From Armatimonadia bacterium (GTDB lineage Bacteria; Armatimonadota; Zipacnadia; Zipacnadales; UBA11051), in the NCBI GenBank assembly GCA_039683575.1, contig JBDKRC010000087.1, forward strand, positions 1 to 42,584: a stretch of 42,584 nt of DNA. The letters run 5' to 3'. Below, in pieces: positions 28,332 through 36,888 of this stretch (the stretch's first letter is position 1; each line of letters begins with the position of its first letter). Both the position numbers and the translations under genes were made by a program. The notes under the pieces are model-generated. The model was not told the origin of the DNA, made no database searches, and saw nothing but the letters and a program-made list of their open reading frames with translations.

Positions 28332-28748
28332 GTGAAGCAGACAGAACAAGTCTTAGTGATCCCGTGTAGTGGGATCGGCAAGGTGCATGGGCTCATCAGC
28401 CGCGAAGCAACGTATCTGGTGACCGATGAACTCGCGCCCGATCAGGCGGGTACGCTGTGTCTGGCGCTTTTGGTCAAGGGCGATGAGGAAGCTTTGGAGC
28501 GAGTGCGGACGCAGCCGTGCATCACCATCGATGGCTGCCCGAAGGCGTGTGCCCAGAAGAACGTGGCGCTGGCTGGCGGACAGACCGACTGCGCCTTCCA
28601 AGTGCTGCAAGTGCTGAAACAGCACCGTGGCGCCCAACCGGGCTCAGCCTCGGGGCTGAATGAGGTTGGCTGGGCCGTTGCGCGCGAACTGGCTGAATTG
28701 GTTCGAGACAAAGTTACAGAGTTGAGCGGCTGCGAGGTGAAGAGCTAA
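28332..28748 (+). CDS. DGC-domain putative zinc-binding protein
   Basis: PCSG...CL...IDGCPKACA. Confidence 0.85.
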   Translation: MKQTEQVLVIPCSGIGKVHGLISREATYLVTDELAPDQAGTLCLALLVKGDEEALERVRTQPCITIDGCPKACAQKNVALAGGQTDCAFQVLQVLKQHRGAQPGSASGLNEVGWAVARELAELVRDKVTELSGCEVKS

Positions 28749-29431
28749 TGGCTGAAGAGAAACCACGAGTTGGCATCATCTCGTGCAGTGGCGAAGAGAT
28801 CCCTGAGGGCACCATCTCGCGTCTGGCGACCCGGCGCGTGCTGGAGATGCTACGCCCCGATCAGACCGTGACGCTGTGCCTGCCGCTTTTCCTTGCGGGT
28901 GGCGAGCAGGAACGCGACTTCGCCCGCAATCACCCAACGATCACCGTGGACGGCTGTGACAAGCGCTGCGCCCAGTGTGGCACCGAGAAGTATAGCGGCC
29001 CCGTAAGTGCGGCGCTGGTGGTGAGCGACATGCTCAATGGCAAGTACCCCAACTGCGCCCGCAACTCCAGGCAGCGTGGGGAAGTTGACCGAGAAGCAAT
29101 CTGGGTGGTCGCTGAGACCATAGCCGCCGCCGTGGATCAGGTTCTGGCGGAGATTGGGGCAGCGGAGGAATGCGGGTCTGACGACGCGAGCTGTGCCTGC
29201 AGCCGCCCCTTGCCCGGCGGCATGATCGTGGCCAATGGTCAGGAAGTCACCATTCCCGCCCTGAAGATGATCTTCAGCCACCTGGTGGACACGGGAGTCG
29301 CCTCTGTGCCGGAGAACGCGGCGCGGATACTGGAGATGGTGGCTGTCTATCATCCCATCCCCGAGAAGGAGAAAGGCGCTTATCAGGAAGCGCTGCTTGA
29401 GGCTTACCAGAAGCATTGTGCGGAGGCCTAA
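28748..29431 (+). CDS. DGC-domain protein with an extra C-terminal domain
   Basis: SCSG...CL...VDGCDKRCA, then a CAC linker and a ~70-aa helical extension. Confidence 0.85.
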   Translation: MAEEKPRVGIISCSGEEIPEGTISRLATRRVLEMLRPDQTVTLCLPLFLAGGEQERDFARNHPTITVDGCDKRCAQCGTEKYSGPVSAALVVSDMLNGKYPNCARNSRQRGEVDREAIWVVAETIAAAVDQVLAEIGAAEECGSDDASCACSRPLPGGMIVANGQEVTIPALKMIFSHLVDTGVASVPENAARILEMVAVYHPIPEKEKGAYQEALLEAYQKHCAEA

Positions 29432-29486
29432 CCGCAGTTACGCCCCCGCCATTGGCGGGCAATCCCCAGATCAGGGAGAGAAATCA

Positions 29487-29858
29487 ATGTCATCATGTTG
29501 CGCCTGGAAGAAGACGCTGGTGTTCGCGTGCAGTGGCGGTTCGAACGTGGGGCAGCTCAGCAACGAAGCGGCGAAGAAGCTTGACCAAGAGGGTGTGGGC
29601 AGCTTCTTTTGCATGGCGGGCATCGGCGGCGGCCTCGGTGGGTTTGTGGCCAAGTCCAAAGATGCCGATGCCACCGTCGTCATTGATGGGTGCGATATTG
29701 GTTGCGTGAAGGCGGCGTTTGAGCGAGAGGGTGTGCCCATCTCCAAGTACGTTGTCATCACCGATCTGGGCATCGAGAAGGGCCATCACTTCAACCTGGA
29801 GGAAGCCCAGATCGAGACTGTCTGCACCGCCGCGAAGAGAAGTTGCTGTTGCGGGTAG
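29487..29858 (+). CDS. DGC-domain putative zinc-binding protein
   Basis: ACSGGSNVGQ...C...IDGCDIGC...ITDLGIEK, with CC and CCC at the termini. The ATG at 29487 follows GGGAGAG. Confidence 0.88.
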   Translation: MSSCCAWKKTLVFACSGGSNVGQLSNEAAKKLDQEGVGSFFCMAGIGGGLGGFVAKSKDADATVVIDGCDIGCVKAAFEREGVPISKYVVITDLGIEKGHHFNLEEAQIETVCTAAKRSCCCG

Positions 29859-29892
29859 CGTGTTGCCATTCGAAGAAGGAGCTTAGTCACAC

Positions 29893-30411
29893 ATGAAACA
29901 GACGCAAGTTGTTGCCCTCGTTTTCGTTACCCTATTCCTCGGCATTGTCATCGGCATGAAGATCGGCAAGAACCAACCGGCACCCACAGCAGTCGCTGCG
30001 CAGACGGGCGCCGTGTGCCCGACGCTGCCACCAACCGCCGATAGTGCCGCTGCCACTGCTGACACCTCGGCCGGTGGCACGGATAAGTCCGGGTTACCTC
30101 ATCTGGTTGACCTGGGTTCTACCACCTGCATCCCCTGTAAGGAGATGGCTCCCATCCTTGAGGAACTGAAGACGGAGTTCAAGGGCAAGGTCGATGTGGA
30201 GTTCATCAACGTGAACGAAGACGGTGCCGCCGCTGACGAGTACAAGATCAACCTCATTCCCACTCAAGTGTTCATAGATAAGGACGGCAAGGAAGTATTC
30301 CGCCACGAGGGCTTCTTCCCGAAGGCCGACATCCTGGCCCAGTTCGAGAAGATGGGCATCAAGACCAAACAAGCAAGCGAAGGAGTGAGTTCATGCTGCG
30401 CAAGCACATAG
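29893..30411 (+). CDS. Membrane-anchored or exported thioredoxin
   Basis: N-terminal hydrophobic segment, DLGSTTCIPC, IPTQVF and RHEG. Confidence 0.88.
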   Translation: MKQTQVVALVFVTLFLGIVIGMKIGKNQPAPTAVAAQTGAVCPTLPPTADSAAATADTSAGGTDKSGLPHLVDLGSTTCIPCKEMAPILEELKTEFKGKVDVEFINVNEDGAAADEYKINLIPTQVFIDKDGKEVFRHEGFFPKADILAQFEKMGIKTKQASEGVSSCCAST

Positions 30412-31610
30412 GTCTGTTCGTGATCATTGCGGTTGCTGCCTCAGTGGCGGTCTCTGCCGGGGCCCAGGGGGCGGCGAAGTTGCCGAAGTTGTTGGACCTG
30501 GGCTCAACCACCTGCATCCCATGTAAGCAGATGGCGCCGATTCTGGACGAACTGAAGAAGGAACTGGCTGGCAAGATCGACGTGGAGTTTGTGAATGTCA
30601 ACGACAGGCTGGACCTGGCAAACAAGTACAAGATAGAGTTCATCCCCACTCAAGTCTTCCTGGATGCCAGTAGCAGGGAGCTCTTTCGCCATGTCGGCTT
30701 CTATGGCAAGGACGAGATCCTCGCCAAGTTGACGGAGCTTGGCCTGTCGGCAGGCACGACCATCGTCGAGAGTTTCAGTCGTTGGGCGCCTGTGCAGCCT
30801 GACACACGGGCTAAGGACGCCATCTGCTACATGTGTGACGGTGACGTAAATCCCAGGACCACAGTGGCCGTGAGGACGGCCAAGGGCGACGTCCACCTGT
30901 GCTCTCCGCACTGCCTGTCCATCATGCTGTCATCTTTGACCGCCGACCGCGCCGAGGTGGAGAAGCAGGCTTACGTAACGGACTTTGCGACCGGCCAGAG
31001 CGTGCCGCTGCAGAACGCGAGCTATCTGTACACGCTCGATGAGCAGACGGGACGCCCGTCGGTCATCGCCTTCGCCAGCCGCGACGCCGCGCTGGCCGCC
31101 CGGCGCGACAACGGCGGCAGCGTCCTGACTTATCCCTTGCTACAGGCTAAGGAAACGGCCACCCGCTGTGGCTTTTGTGACCGGGCCGTATACCCTGAGG
31201 ATGCGGCTTTGGTCAAAGCGGGCGGCGTCTACACCTATGGCTGCTGCTCGCACTGCGCCCTCGGTGTCGCGGCCCGCACCGGCGCCAGCATTGAGGTCCA
31301 CGAGCGAGACCGTTTGACCGGCGAGCCAATCATCATCAAGACGTTGGAGGGGAAGATTGCTTCGCTGGAGCCGGCGACGGCCGTGGCGTGGTTCGGCCAA
31401 CGCACCAAGCCCGACGGCAAGCGTGCGTCCGCTGGGTGCTTCCACCAGGGCTTCTTCGTCTCGTCTGAGAACCTGCAGAAGTGGGTTGCGGCCCACCCGC
31501 TGGAAACTGGAGAGATGATCCCGATTGCCAAGGCGCTGGCCGACAAGATGGCCCTATCGGCGGAGCAGATCAGCAAGGCCTGCAAGATTGGCGAATGCGC
31601 GCCGAAATAG
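30393..31610 (+). CDS. Exported thioredoxin + NosL-like + MerB-like fusion protein
   Basis: Signal peptide, then CIPC thioredoxin. Middle: CYMC...CSPHC...YVTDF..G......A.Y...IAFAS...A......GG (NosL-like). C-terminal: TYGCCSHC...TGEPI.......I.SLEP.TAV...SAGCFHQGFF.S......W...H (MerB-like). Confidence 0.7.
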   Translation: MLRKHIGLFVIIAVAASVAVSAGAQGAAKLPKLLDLGSTTCIPCKQMAPILDELKKELAGKIDVEFVNVNDRLDLANKYKIEFIPTQVFLDASSRELFRHVGFYGKDEILAKLTELGLSAGTTIVESFSRWAPVQPDTRAKDAICYMCDGDVNPRTTVAVRTAKGDVHLCSPHCLSIMLSSLTADRAEVEKQAYVTDFATGQSVPLQNASYLYTLDEQTGRPSVIAFASRDAALAARRDNGGSVLTYPLLQAKETATRCGFCDRAVYPEDAALVKAGGVYTYGCCSHCALGVAARTGASIEVHERDRLTGEPIIIKTLEGKIASLEPATAVAWFGQRTKPDGKRASAGCFHQGFFVSSENLQKWVAAHPLETGEMIPIAKALADKMALSAEQISKACKIGECAPK

Positions 31611-31624
31611 GGAAGGGGCTGTCC

Positions 31625-32407
31625 ATGCGACGGGTGATCGTTCTGACATTGCTCTCGGCGTGCTGCGCTATGGCGCAGGCTCAGGTCGGTGTGTCGGCAG
31701 CAGGCAGCAGAGCCCCGAATGCTCTGCTGCACGATCTGGCCGGGAAGGCTCTCCAGCTTAGTAGCGCCTGTTCGGACCAAGTGACAGTTCTGTGTTTTGG
31801 CCGGCTAAGTTGGCGTCCCTGCCGCGGGGTGGCGGCAGAATTGCAGAGGCTCCAGCAGCAGTACCGCGACGACCGCGTCGCCTTCTACTGGATCGAGGTG
31901 GGCGGAACGGTAAAGGCCACAGCCGCTGCTGGGGCGGGAATGAACCTGACGTTGCCGGTATTACTGGACGGCGACTGCAAGGTGGCGGCAGAGTATGACG
32001 TCATGGCTCTTCCGCATGTCTTTCTCATAGATGCCTCAGGGATCGTCCGTATCAGTCACATCGGCTACCAACCTGAACTCCCCGCAATGCTCGCTGGGCT
32101 GATCGAGCAATACCGCCCCCAGCCCAGACCCAAGCTGCCGCGGTTGGTAGAGATTGAGGGCCTTGGGTGTGTCGCCTGTAAGACCATGCCGCCGTTGCTC
32201 CGGGAGTTGCAGGAAGAGTTGCAGGGCAAGGTCACCATCGAGATCATGGACTTCAACCCGGACCTCGTTGATCGGTACCGGCTTGAGGTCATGCCTACCC
32301 AGATCTTCTTCAACGGCGATGGCGATGAGGTGTCTCGCCACACGGGGCTGATGTCGAAGGACGAGATGCTGGACCGGTTCAAGAAGATGGGCGTGGCAGT
32401 CGAGTAG
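31625..32407 (+). CDS. Exported redoxin (TlpA/AhpC-TSA-like) + thioredoxin two-domain protein
   Basis: ATG 31625 and a signal peptide. The first domain has SWRPC and LPHVFLID; the second has GCVAC and MPTQIF. Confidence 0.8.
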   Translation: MRRVIVLTLLSACCAMAQAQVGVSAAGSRAPNALLHDLAGKALQLSSACSDQVTVLCFGRLSWRPCRGVAAELQRLQQQYRDDRVAFYWIEVGGTVKATAAAGAGMNLTLPVLLDGDCKVAAEYDVMALPHVFLIDASGIVRISHIGYQPELPAMLAGLIEQYRPQPRPKLPRLVEIEGLGCVACKTMPPLLRELQEELQGKVTIEIMDFNPDLVDRYRLEVMPTQIFFNGDGDEVSRHTGLMSKDEMLDRFKKMGVAVE

Positions 32408-32431
32408 TCCCCACGCAACAGGAGAGCAATC

Positions 32432-33115
32432 TTGGACATCATACAGGCGCTGCAACAGGCGCTGGCCAACTCATCGCTGCTGGTGGTGCCGCTGGTGCTG
32501 CTGGGTGGCGCGGCAACAGGCCTGAATCCGTGCGTCTTCCCGACCATTCCCGTGGTCATCGGCTACATCTCCGGTCAGAAAGAGCAGCCGCGATGGAAGG
32601 GCCTGGCGCTGGCGCTGACCTTCGTGCTGGGGCTCGCGATCACCTACGTGATCATCGGAGCCACCGCCTCGTTCGTGGGCAGCGTACTGGGCATCTCCAA
32701 GGCTGGCTGGATGTACATCGTGGCGGCGGTCTGTATTCTTGTCGGCATCAACATGTCGGGGCTAATCTCGGTCAGCTTCGATACCTTCATTCCGGCGCAG
32801 TCCAAGTGGTCCAAGCTCAGCGGCTATGGTGGCGCCCTGGTGCTGGGGATGCTCTTCGGTCTTGTGGCCAGCCCGTGCGCCATGCCGATCTTGACGCTGA
32901 TTCTGGCGCTGATCGCCCAGAAGGGCCAGGTCGCATACGGTTCGCTGCTGATGTTCACCTACGCCGTCGGGCACGGCCTCCCGCTGATCATCATTGGCAC
33001 TGTCGCGGGTGCACTGACGAGCCTGGAACGCTTTACCAAGTATTCTGTCGTTATCCAGCGCGTCGGAGGCTGGATGCTGCTGGCCGTCGGCGCGTACTTC
33101 ATCTGGATGGCTTAA
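32432..33115 (+). CDS. ccdA: CcdA/DsbD transmembrane disulfide-reducing protein
   Basis: NPCVFPTIP and ASPC..P motifs; about 6 TM segments. Confidence 0.9.
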   Translation: MDIIQALQQALANSSLLVVPLVLLGGAATGLNPCVFPTIPVVIGYISGQKEQPRWKGLALALTFVLGLAITYVIIGATASFVGSVLGISKAGWMYIVAAVCILVGINMSGLISVSFDTFIPAQSKWSKLSGYGGALVLGMLFGLVASPCAMPILTLILALIAQKGQVAYGSLLMFTYAVGHGLPLIIIGTVAGALTSLERFTKYSVVIQRVGGWMLLAVGAYFIWMA

Positions 33116-33139
33116 CCAATACGGGAGAATGACGGGAAC

Positions 33140-33652
33140 ATGCGTAGAAGTTACAGTATCGTGACTGCAGCGGCGCTCTTTGCAGGTCTTTTCGTGGCTG
33201 CTCATGCCGAGGGCCTCAGCGTGGGCACCAAGGCTCCGAATTTCACGCTCAAGACCCTTGGCGGCAAGAGCTACCAACTGTCGAGCTACAAAGGCAAGAG
33301 CGTAGTCGTGCTGGATTTCGGACGGTTCACCTGCATGCCCTGCCGGGATATGCTGAAGGACCTGCAGAAACTGCAGGCCAAGTACAAGGGGCAACGGGTC
33401 CAAATCTTCTCAGTCAACCTCGATGGCGGCATGGCCCCTCGCGTGGTGCCCAAGGGCATCAAGGATCTGGGCGTGACCTTTCCGGTGCTGCAGGACAGCG
33501 CCTCCAAGGCTGCCACAGCGTACAAAGCAACTACCATTCCGTACGTGGTGGTAGTAGACAGGCAGGGCATCGTGCGCTTCTCACACATGGGCTACGACGG
33601 CAGCTTGCGCAGCAAGCTGGACACATTGATCGCCAAGTATCGAGGAAAGTAG
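33140..33652 (+). CDS. Exported TlpA/ResA-like disulfide reductase
   Basis: Signal peptide, APNFTL, CMPC and IPYVVVVD. Confidence 0.88.
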   Translation: MRRSYSIVTAAALFAGLFVAAHAEGLSVGTKAPNFTLKTLGGKSYQLSSYKGKSVVVLDFGRFTCMPCRDMLKDLQKLQAKYKGQRVQIFSVNLDGGMAPRVVPKGIKDLGVTFPVLQDSASKAATAYKATTIPYVVVVDRQGIVRFSHMGYDGSLRSKLDTLIAKYRGK

Positions 33653-33661
33653 GCATTTGGC

Positions 33662-34502
33662 ATGGAGGACATCAAGCGACAAGTCCAAGAAAACTACGGA
33701 GCAGTGGCCCGAGCGGGGGGCCGTGGCTGCGGGGACGGGCCCGAGACCGCGATTGACCCCGAGGCTGTAGGCTATGCTGCGGGCGACCTCGCCGCTGCCC
33801 CAGATGGCTCGAACATGGGCCTCGGATGCGGCAACCCGCTTGCGCTGGCTGATCTCAAACCGGGCGAGACGGTGCTCGACCTCGGCAGTGGCGGAGGATT
33901 TGACTGTTTCCTCGCGGCCAATGCCGTCGGACCGCATGGGCACGTAATCGGTGTGGATATGACGCCTGATATGATCGCCGTCGCCAACCGCAATGCCGAA
34001 AAGGGTGGCTTCGCTAACGTCGAGTTTCGGCTGGGTGACATCGAGACACTGCCGGTGGGCGATGGCGACGTGGATGTGATTACCAGCAACTGCGTAATCA
34101 ACCTCGTGCCGGACAAGCACAAGGCCTTTGCGGAGGCTTTCCGGGTACTCAAGCCGGGCGGAAGACTTCACGTTTCCGATATCGTACTTACCTGCGAGCA
34201 ACTCCCGGAAATGCTCCAGGACCAGCAGGCCTACGTCAACTGCATCGCAGGCGCTGCAGGACGCAGGCTTTGTCAACGTCACAGTCCATACTGAGAAAGA
34301 CGCTGCCTTGCTACTCGACAGTGGCTGCTGCGCTCCCCCGGCTGCAGACGAAAGCTGTTGTTGCGAGGCTGATGATGACGAGCCGCCATGTTGTTGCGGT
34401 GCGGAGCCCGAGGGGGCAGGCTGCGGGTGCGGCGCCGGCCCGTTGGATTTGCCGGAGGGGCTGGTCGTCTCGATGACCGTCAGTGCGAACAAACCGCTGT
34501 AG
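33662..34502 (+). pseudogene. arsM: Arsenite S-adenosylmethyltransferase with a frameshifting deletion near 34250
   Basis: GLGCGNP, VLDLGSGGGFDC, GVDMT, SNCVINL, LKPGG and CIAGA. The C-terminus (LQDAGF...VVSMTVSANKP) is in another frame. Confidence 0.85.
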
Positions 34503-34523
34503 CTAACCATAGGAGCTTGATTC

Positions 34524-34850
34524 ATGAGTACCGCCAAGGGCACGATCAACGCCGGGGTATGTGGCTTTGTGACCCAAGTGACGGCGACCTGTGATGACGG
34601 TCAGAACGTGAGCTTCGTCGTGGAGTCGCCTTGCGAGAAGATACAAGCTCTGGGTGCAGCGCTGCCGACCGTCGATGCCTATGCAGAGATAGGGGCCGGC
34701 TTTGACGGGCAGGTTCTCTCCACCGTCAGGGCTGTCCTCGGCGGCTGTTGCGCGGGCTGCGTGGTCCCTGCTGGCGTCTTCAAAGCCATGCAGGTTGCCG
34801 CCAAACTGGCACTACCGGCGTCCTCTGGTGTGCAACTGGAACGAAGCTGA
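34524..34850 (+). CDS. Small Cys-rich conserved hypothetical protein (possibly DUF6951-like)
   Basis: AGGAG RBS; GVCGF.T...ESPC...CCAGCVVP. The family name is from memory and unverified. Confidence 0.7.
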   Translation: MSTAKGTINAGVCGFVTQVTATCDDGQNVSFVVESPCEKIQALGAALPTVDAYAEIGAGFDGQVLSTVRAVLGGCCAGCVVPAGVFKAMQVAAKLALPASSGVQLERS

Positions 34851-34919
34851 ACCGATTGGACTGCGGCGTCGGAGTGGGCACCGATGCCGCTTGCGATGGT
34901 CGCTTACATACAAGAGGTG

Positions 34920-34940
34920 TTTGGCTATATTGCCCAATAG
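34920..34940 (+). promoter_or_regulatory. Putative ArsR operator (box 3)
   Basis: TTTGGCTATATTGCCCAATAG aligns without gaps to boxes 1 and 2. Confidence 0.55.
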
Positions 34941-35052
34941 CACAATATGACAGCGGCCAGCCGTGGGCCGCGTCTCGAACCGCCGATTCGCGTACGCGTC
35001 AAGAGACAAACCGCGACACCAAATACACCCCGCAACGGGATAAAGGGAGACA

Positions 35053-35661
35053 ATGCACATGCTGGATAAGGACTTGCTGGAACTGGGTATGAAGTTTCAC
35101 GGGCACAAGTGCCCGGCCATGCCAATGGGGCTGCGCACTGCCCTCGCGGCGATGAAGGCCCTGGGAGTGGAGCACGCTGCCGACGGCCAACTCATGGCGC
35201 TGATTGAGATCGACGAGGATCATTGCGCGACCTGCTGGGCTGACGGGGTGCAGGTAGCGACCGGCTGCACGTTGGGCAAGGGCAACATCAAGAAGCTGCA
35301 CTACGGCAAGTGGGGGCTGACCCTCATTGACAAGAAGACGCAGCGCGCCGTGCGCGTGGTGCCCAAGGCCGCGGCCATGCAAAAGAGCAAGGAATCCGAG
35401 TTCATGGCCTTGCGCAAGTCGGGTGTGCCGGCTTCCCAGGTGCCGGCCGAGGTGGCTGACCCGCTGGTGGAAATGGTCAGCAACGCTCCGGATGAAATGC
35501 TCTTGGACATCGGCGAGGTCATGCCCTACGAGTGGCACGACGCCCCGCACACGTTCGAGAGCCTCGTCTGCGAGGGTTGTGGCGAGATGGTGGTGGAGCG
35601 CAATGCTCGCGTCAAGGCCGGCAAGACGCTGTGCATTCCCTGCTCGGGATACGGCAAATAG
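35053..35661 (+). CDS. FmdE-family protein with C-terminal zinc finger
   Basis: FHGHKCP...G.R, C.ADGVQ..TGCTLGKGN and CEGCGE...CIPC. Confidence 0.9.
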   Translation: MHMLDKDLLELGMKFHGHKCPAMPMGLRTALAAMKALGVEHAADGQLMALIEIDEDHCATCWADGVQVATGCTLGKGNIKKLHYGKWGLTLIDKKTQRAVRVVPKAAAMQKSKESEFMALRKSGVPASQVPAEVADPLVEMVSNAPDEMLLDIGEVMPYEWHDAPHTFESLVCEGCGEMVVERNARVKAGKTLCIPCSGYGK

Positions 35662-35671
35662 GCAATGAACC

Positions 35672-35712
35672 AGGCGGTCGGGGCCTTCGTGCCGCGAAGG
35701 CCCCGACCGCCT
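35672..35712 (+). terminator. 18-bp perfect hairpin after the FmdE gene (no U-tract)
   Basis: AGGCGGTCGGGGCCTTCG-TGCCG-CGAAGGCCCCGACCGCCT. Confidence 0.5.
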
Positions 35713-35762
35713 CAGGAAGCCCGGCTGGTAGCGCCGGGCCCTAGGAATGGAAGGCAGGAGCG

Positions 35763-36353
35763 ATGACAGTGCAGCAAACCCCCGCCCCTGACGCAGGCAA
35801 AGTGTCATTGCGGGAGATAGCCAGGGCCTTTCTGACTATCGGCACAATCGGCTTTGGCGGCGGCATGGCAGTAGTCGCTCTCATCCAGGACCACTGTGTG
35901 GTCAGGCGGCGCTGGCTGGAACCGGATGAGTTTTCACACGGCATCGCGCTGGGCCAGATCCTCGGGCCATTTGCGGTGAACGCTTCGATTTTTGTCGGCT
36001 ACAGGCTCAGAGGCCTGCAGGGCGCAGTGGTCGCGGCGGTATCATTCCTCATTCCCTCTGTCACCCTCGTCATCATTCTCAGCGCCCTGTATGTCAGGTT
36101 CCACCACGTGCCCTCGCTACAGGCGGCCCTCAAGGGCATCGGCCCAGTCGTCGTGGCGCTGATTATCGCAGCGGCCTGGCAGATGGGCAAGGCCCAATTT
36201 CGTTCGTTGGAGTTCGTGCTGCTCATGGTCGTGGCTATCGCGTTGACCATGTTCCTGAAGCTTCAGACAGTTCCGCTGCTGCTGTTGGCGGCAGCTTACG
36301 CCTTCCTCAAGATCCGGTTCGCCAAGGGAGGCAAGGCCAATGAAGGCGCTTAG
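35763..36353 (+). CDS. chrA: Short-chain chromate transporter, first half
   Basis: FLTIG.IGFGGG, WL...EF......GQILGP and GYRLRG..GA. Confidence 0.9.
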   Translation: MTVQQTPAPDAGKVSLREIARAFLTIGTIGFGGGMAVVALIQDHCVVRRRWLEPDEFSHGIALGQILGPFAVNASIFVGYRLRGLQGAVVAAVSFLIPSVTLVIILSALYVRFHHVPSLQAALKGIGPVVVALIIAAAWQMGKAQFRSLEFVLLMVVAIALTMFLKLQTVPLLLLAAAYAFLKIRFAKGGKANEGA

Positions 36354-36888
36354 TTGGTTGGCTCTGCCCTTGCTGCCGGCGCTGGCCTGGGTCTTCCTGA
36401 AGATCGGCCTGGTGTTCTTCGGCGGCGGGTTCGTCGCCATTCCCCTGACGCACAGAGAACTCGTACAGAACCTGCACTGGCTCACGGAAGCTCAGTTCGT
36501 TGATGGCCTCGCCATCAGCCAGTTGACGCCCGGACCGGTCGCCGTACTGGCTACCTTTGCCGGCTATGTGGTCGCCGGGGTGCCAGGAGCATTGGTGGCC
36601 ACGGCCGCCATCTTCTTGCCCGGCAGTGTGCTCATGATCTTCCTGTCGCGAAGTTATGAACTTCTCAGGAAGCGTGATCTGGCACGGCAGATACTCAATA
36701 CCCTGATTCCGGTCATCGCTGGACTGCTGGTGGCGGCCTCACTGCAGATCGCCCGGACGACTGTAGCCGGCTGGGTGGACGTAGCAGTCCTGCTGGTGTC
36801 GCTGGTGGCCCTCACTAAGTTCAAGGTAAATCCGGCTTTCCTGGTCATCGGGGGAGCCCTCTTGGCCCTGGCGCGGAGCCGCATATGA
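36340..36888 (+). CDS. chrA: Short-chain chromate transporter, second half
   Basis: FLKIG...FGGG, WLT..QF.DG.AISQLTPGP and IFLP. Confidence 0.9.
   Translation: MKALSWLALPLLPALAWVFLKIGLVFFGGGFVAIPLTHRELVQNLHWLTEAQFVDGLAISQLTPGPVAVLATFAGYVVAGVPGALVATAAIFLPGSVLMIFLSRSYELLRKRDLARQILNTLIPVIAGLLVAASLQIARTTVAGWVDVAVLLVSLVALTKFKVNPAFLVIGGALLALARSRI

Noticed and set aside
26538-33652. Selenocysteine read-through in the redox genes
   Set aside because: No in-frame TGA at Cys-motif positions; the odd WRPC codon is TGG.
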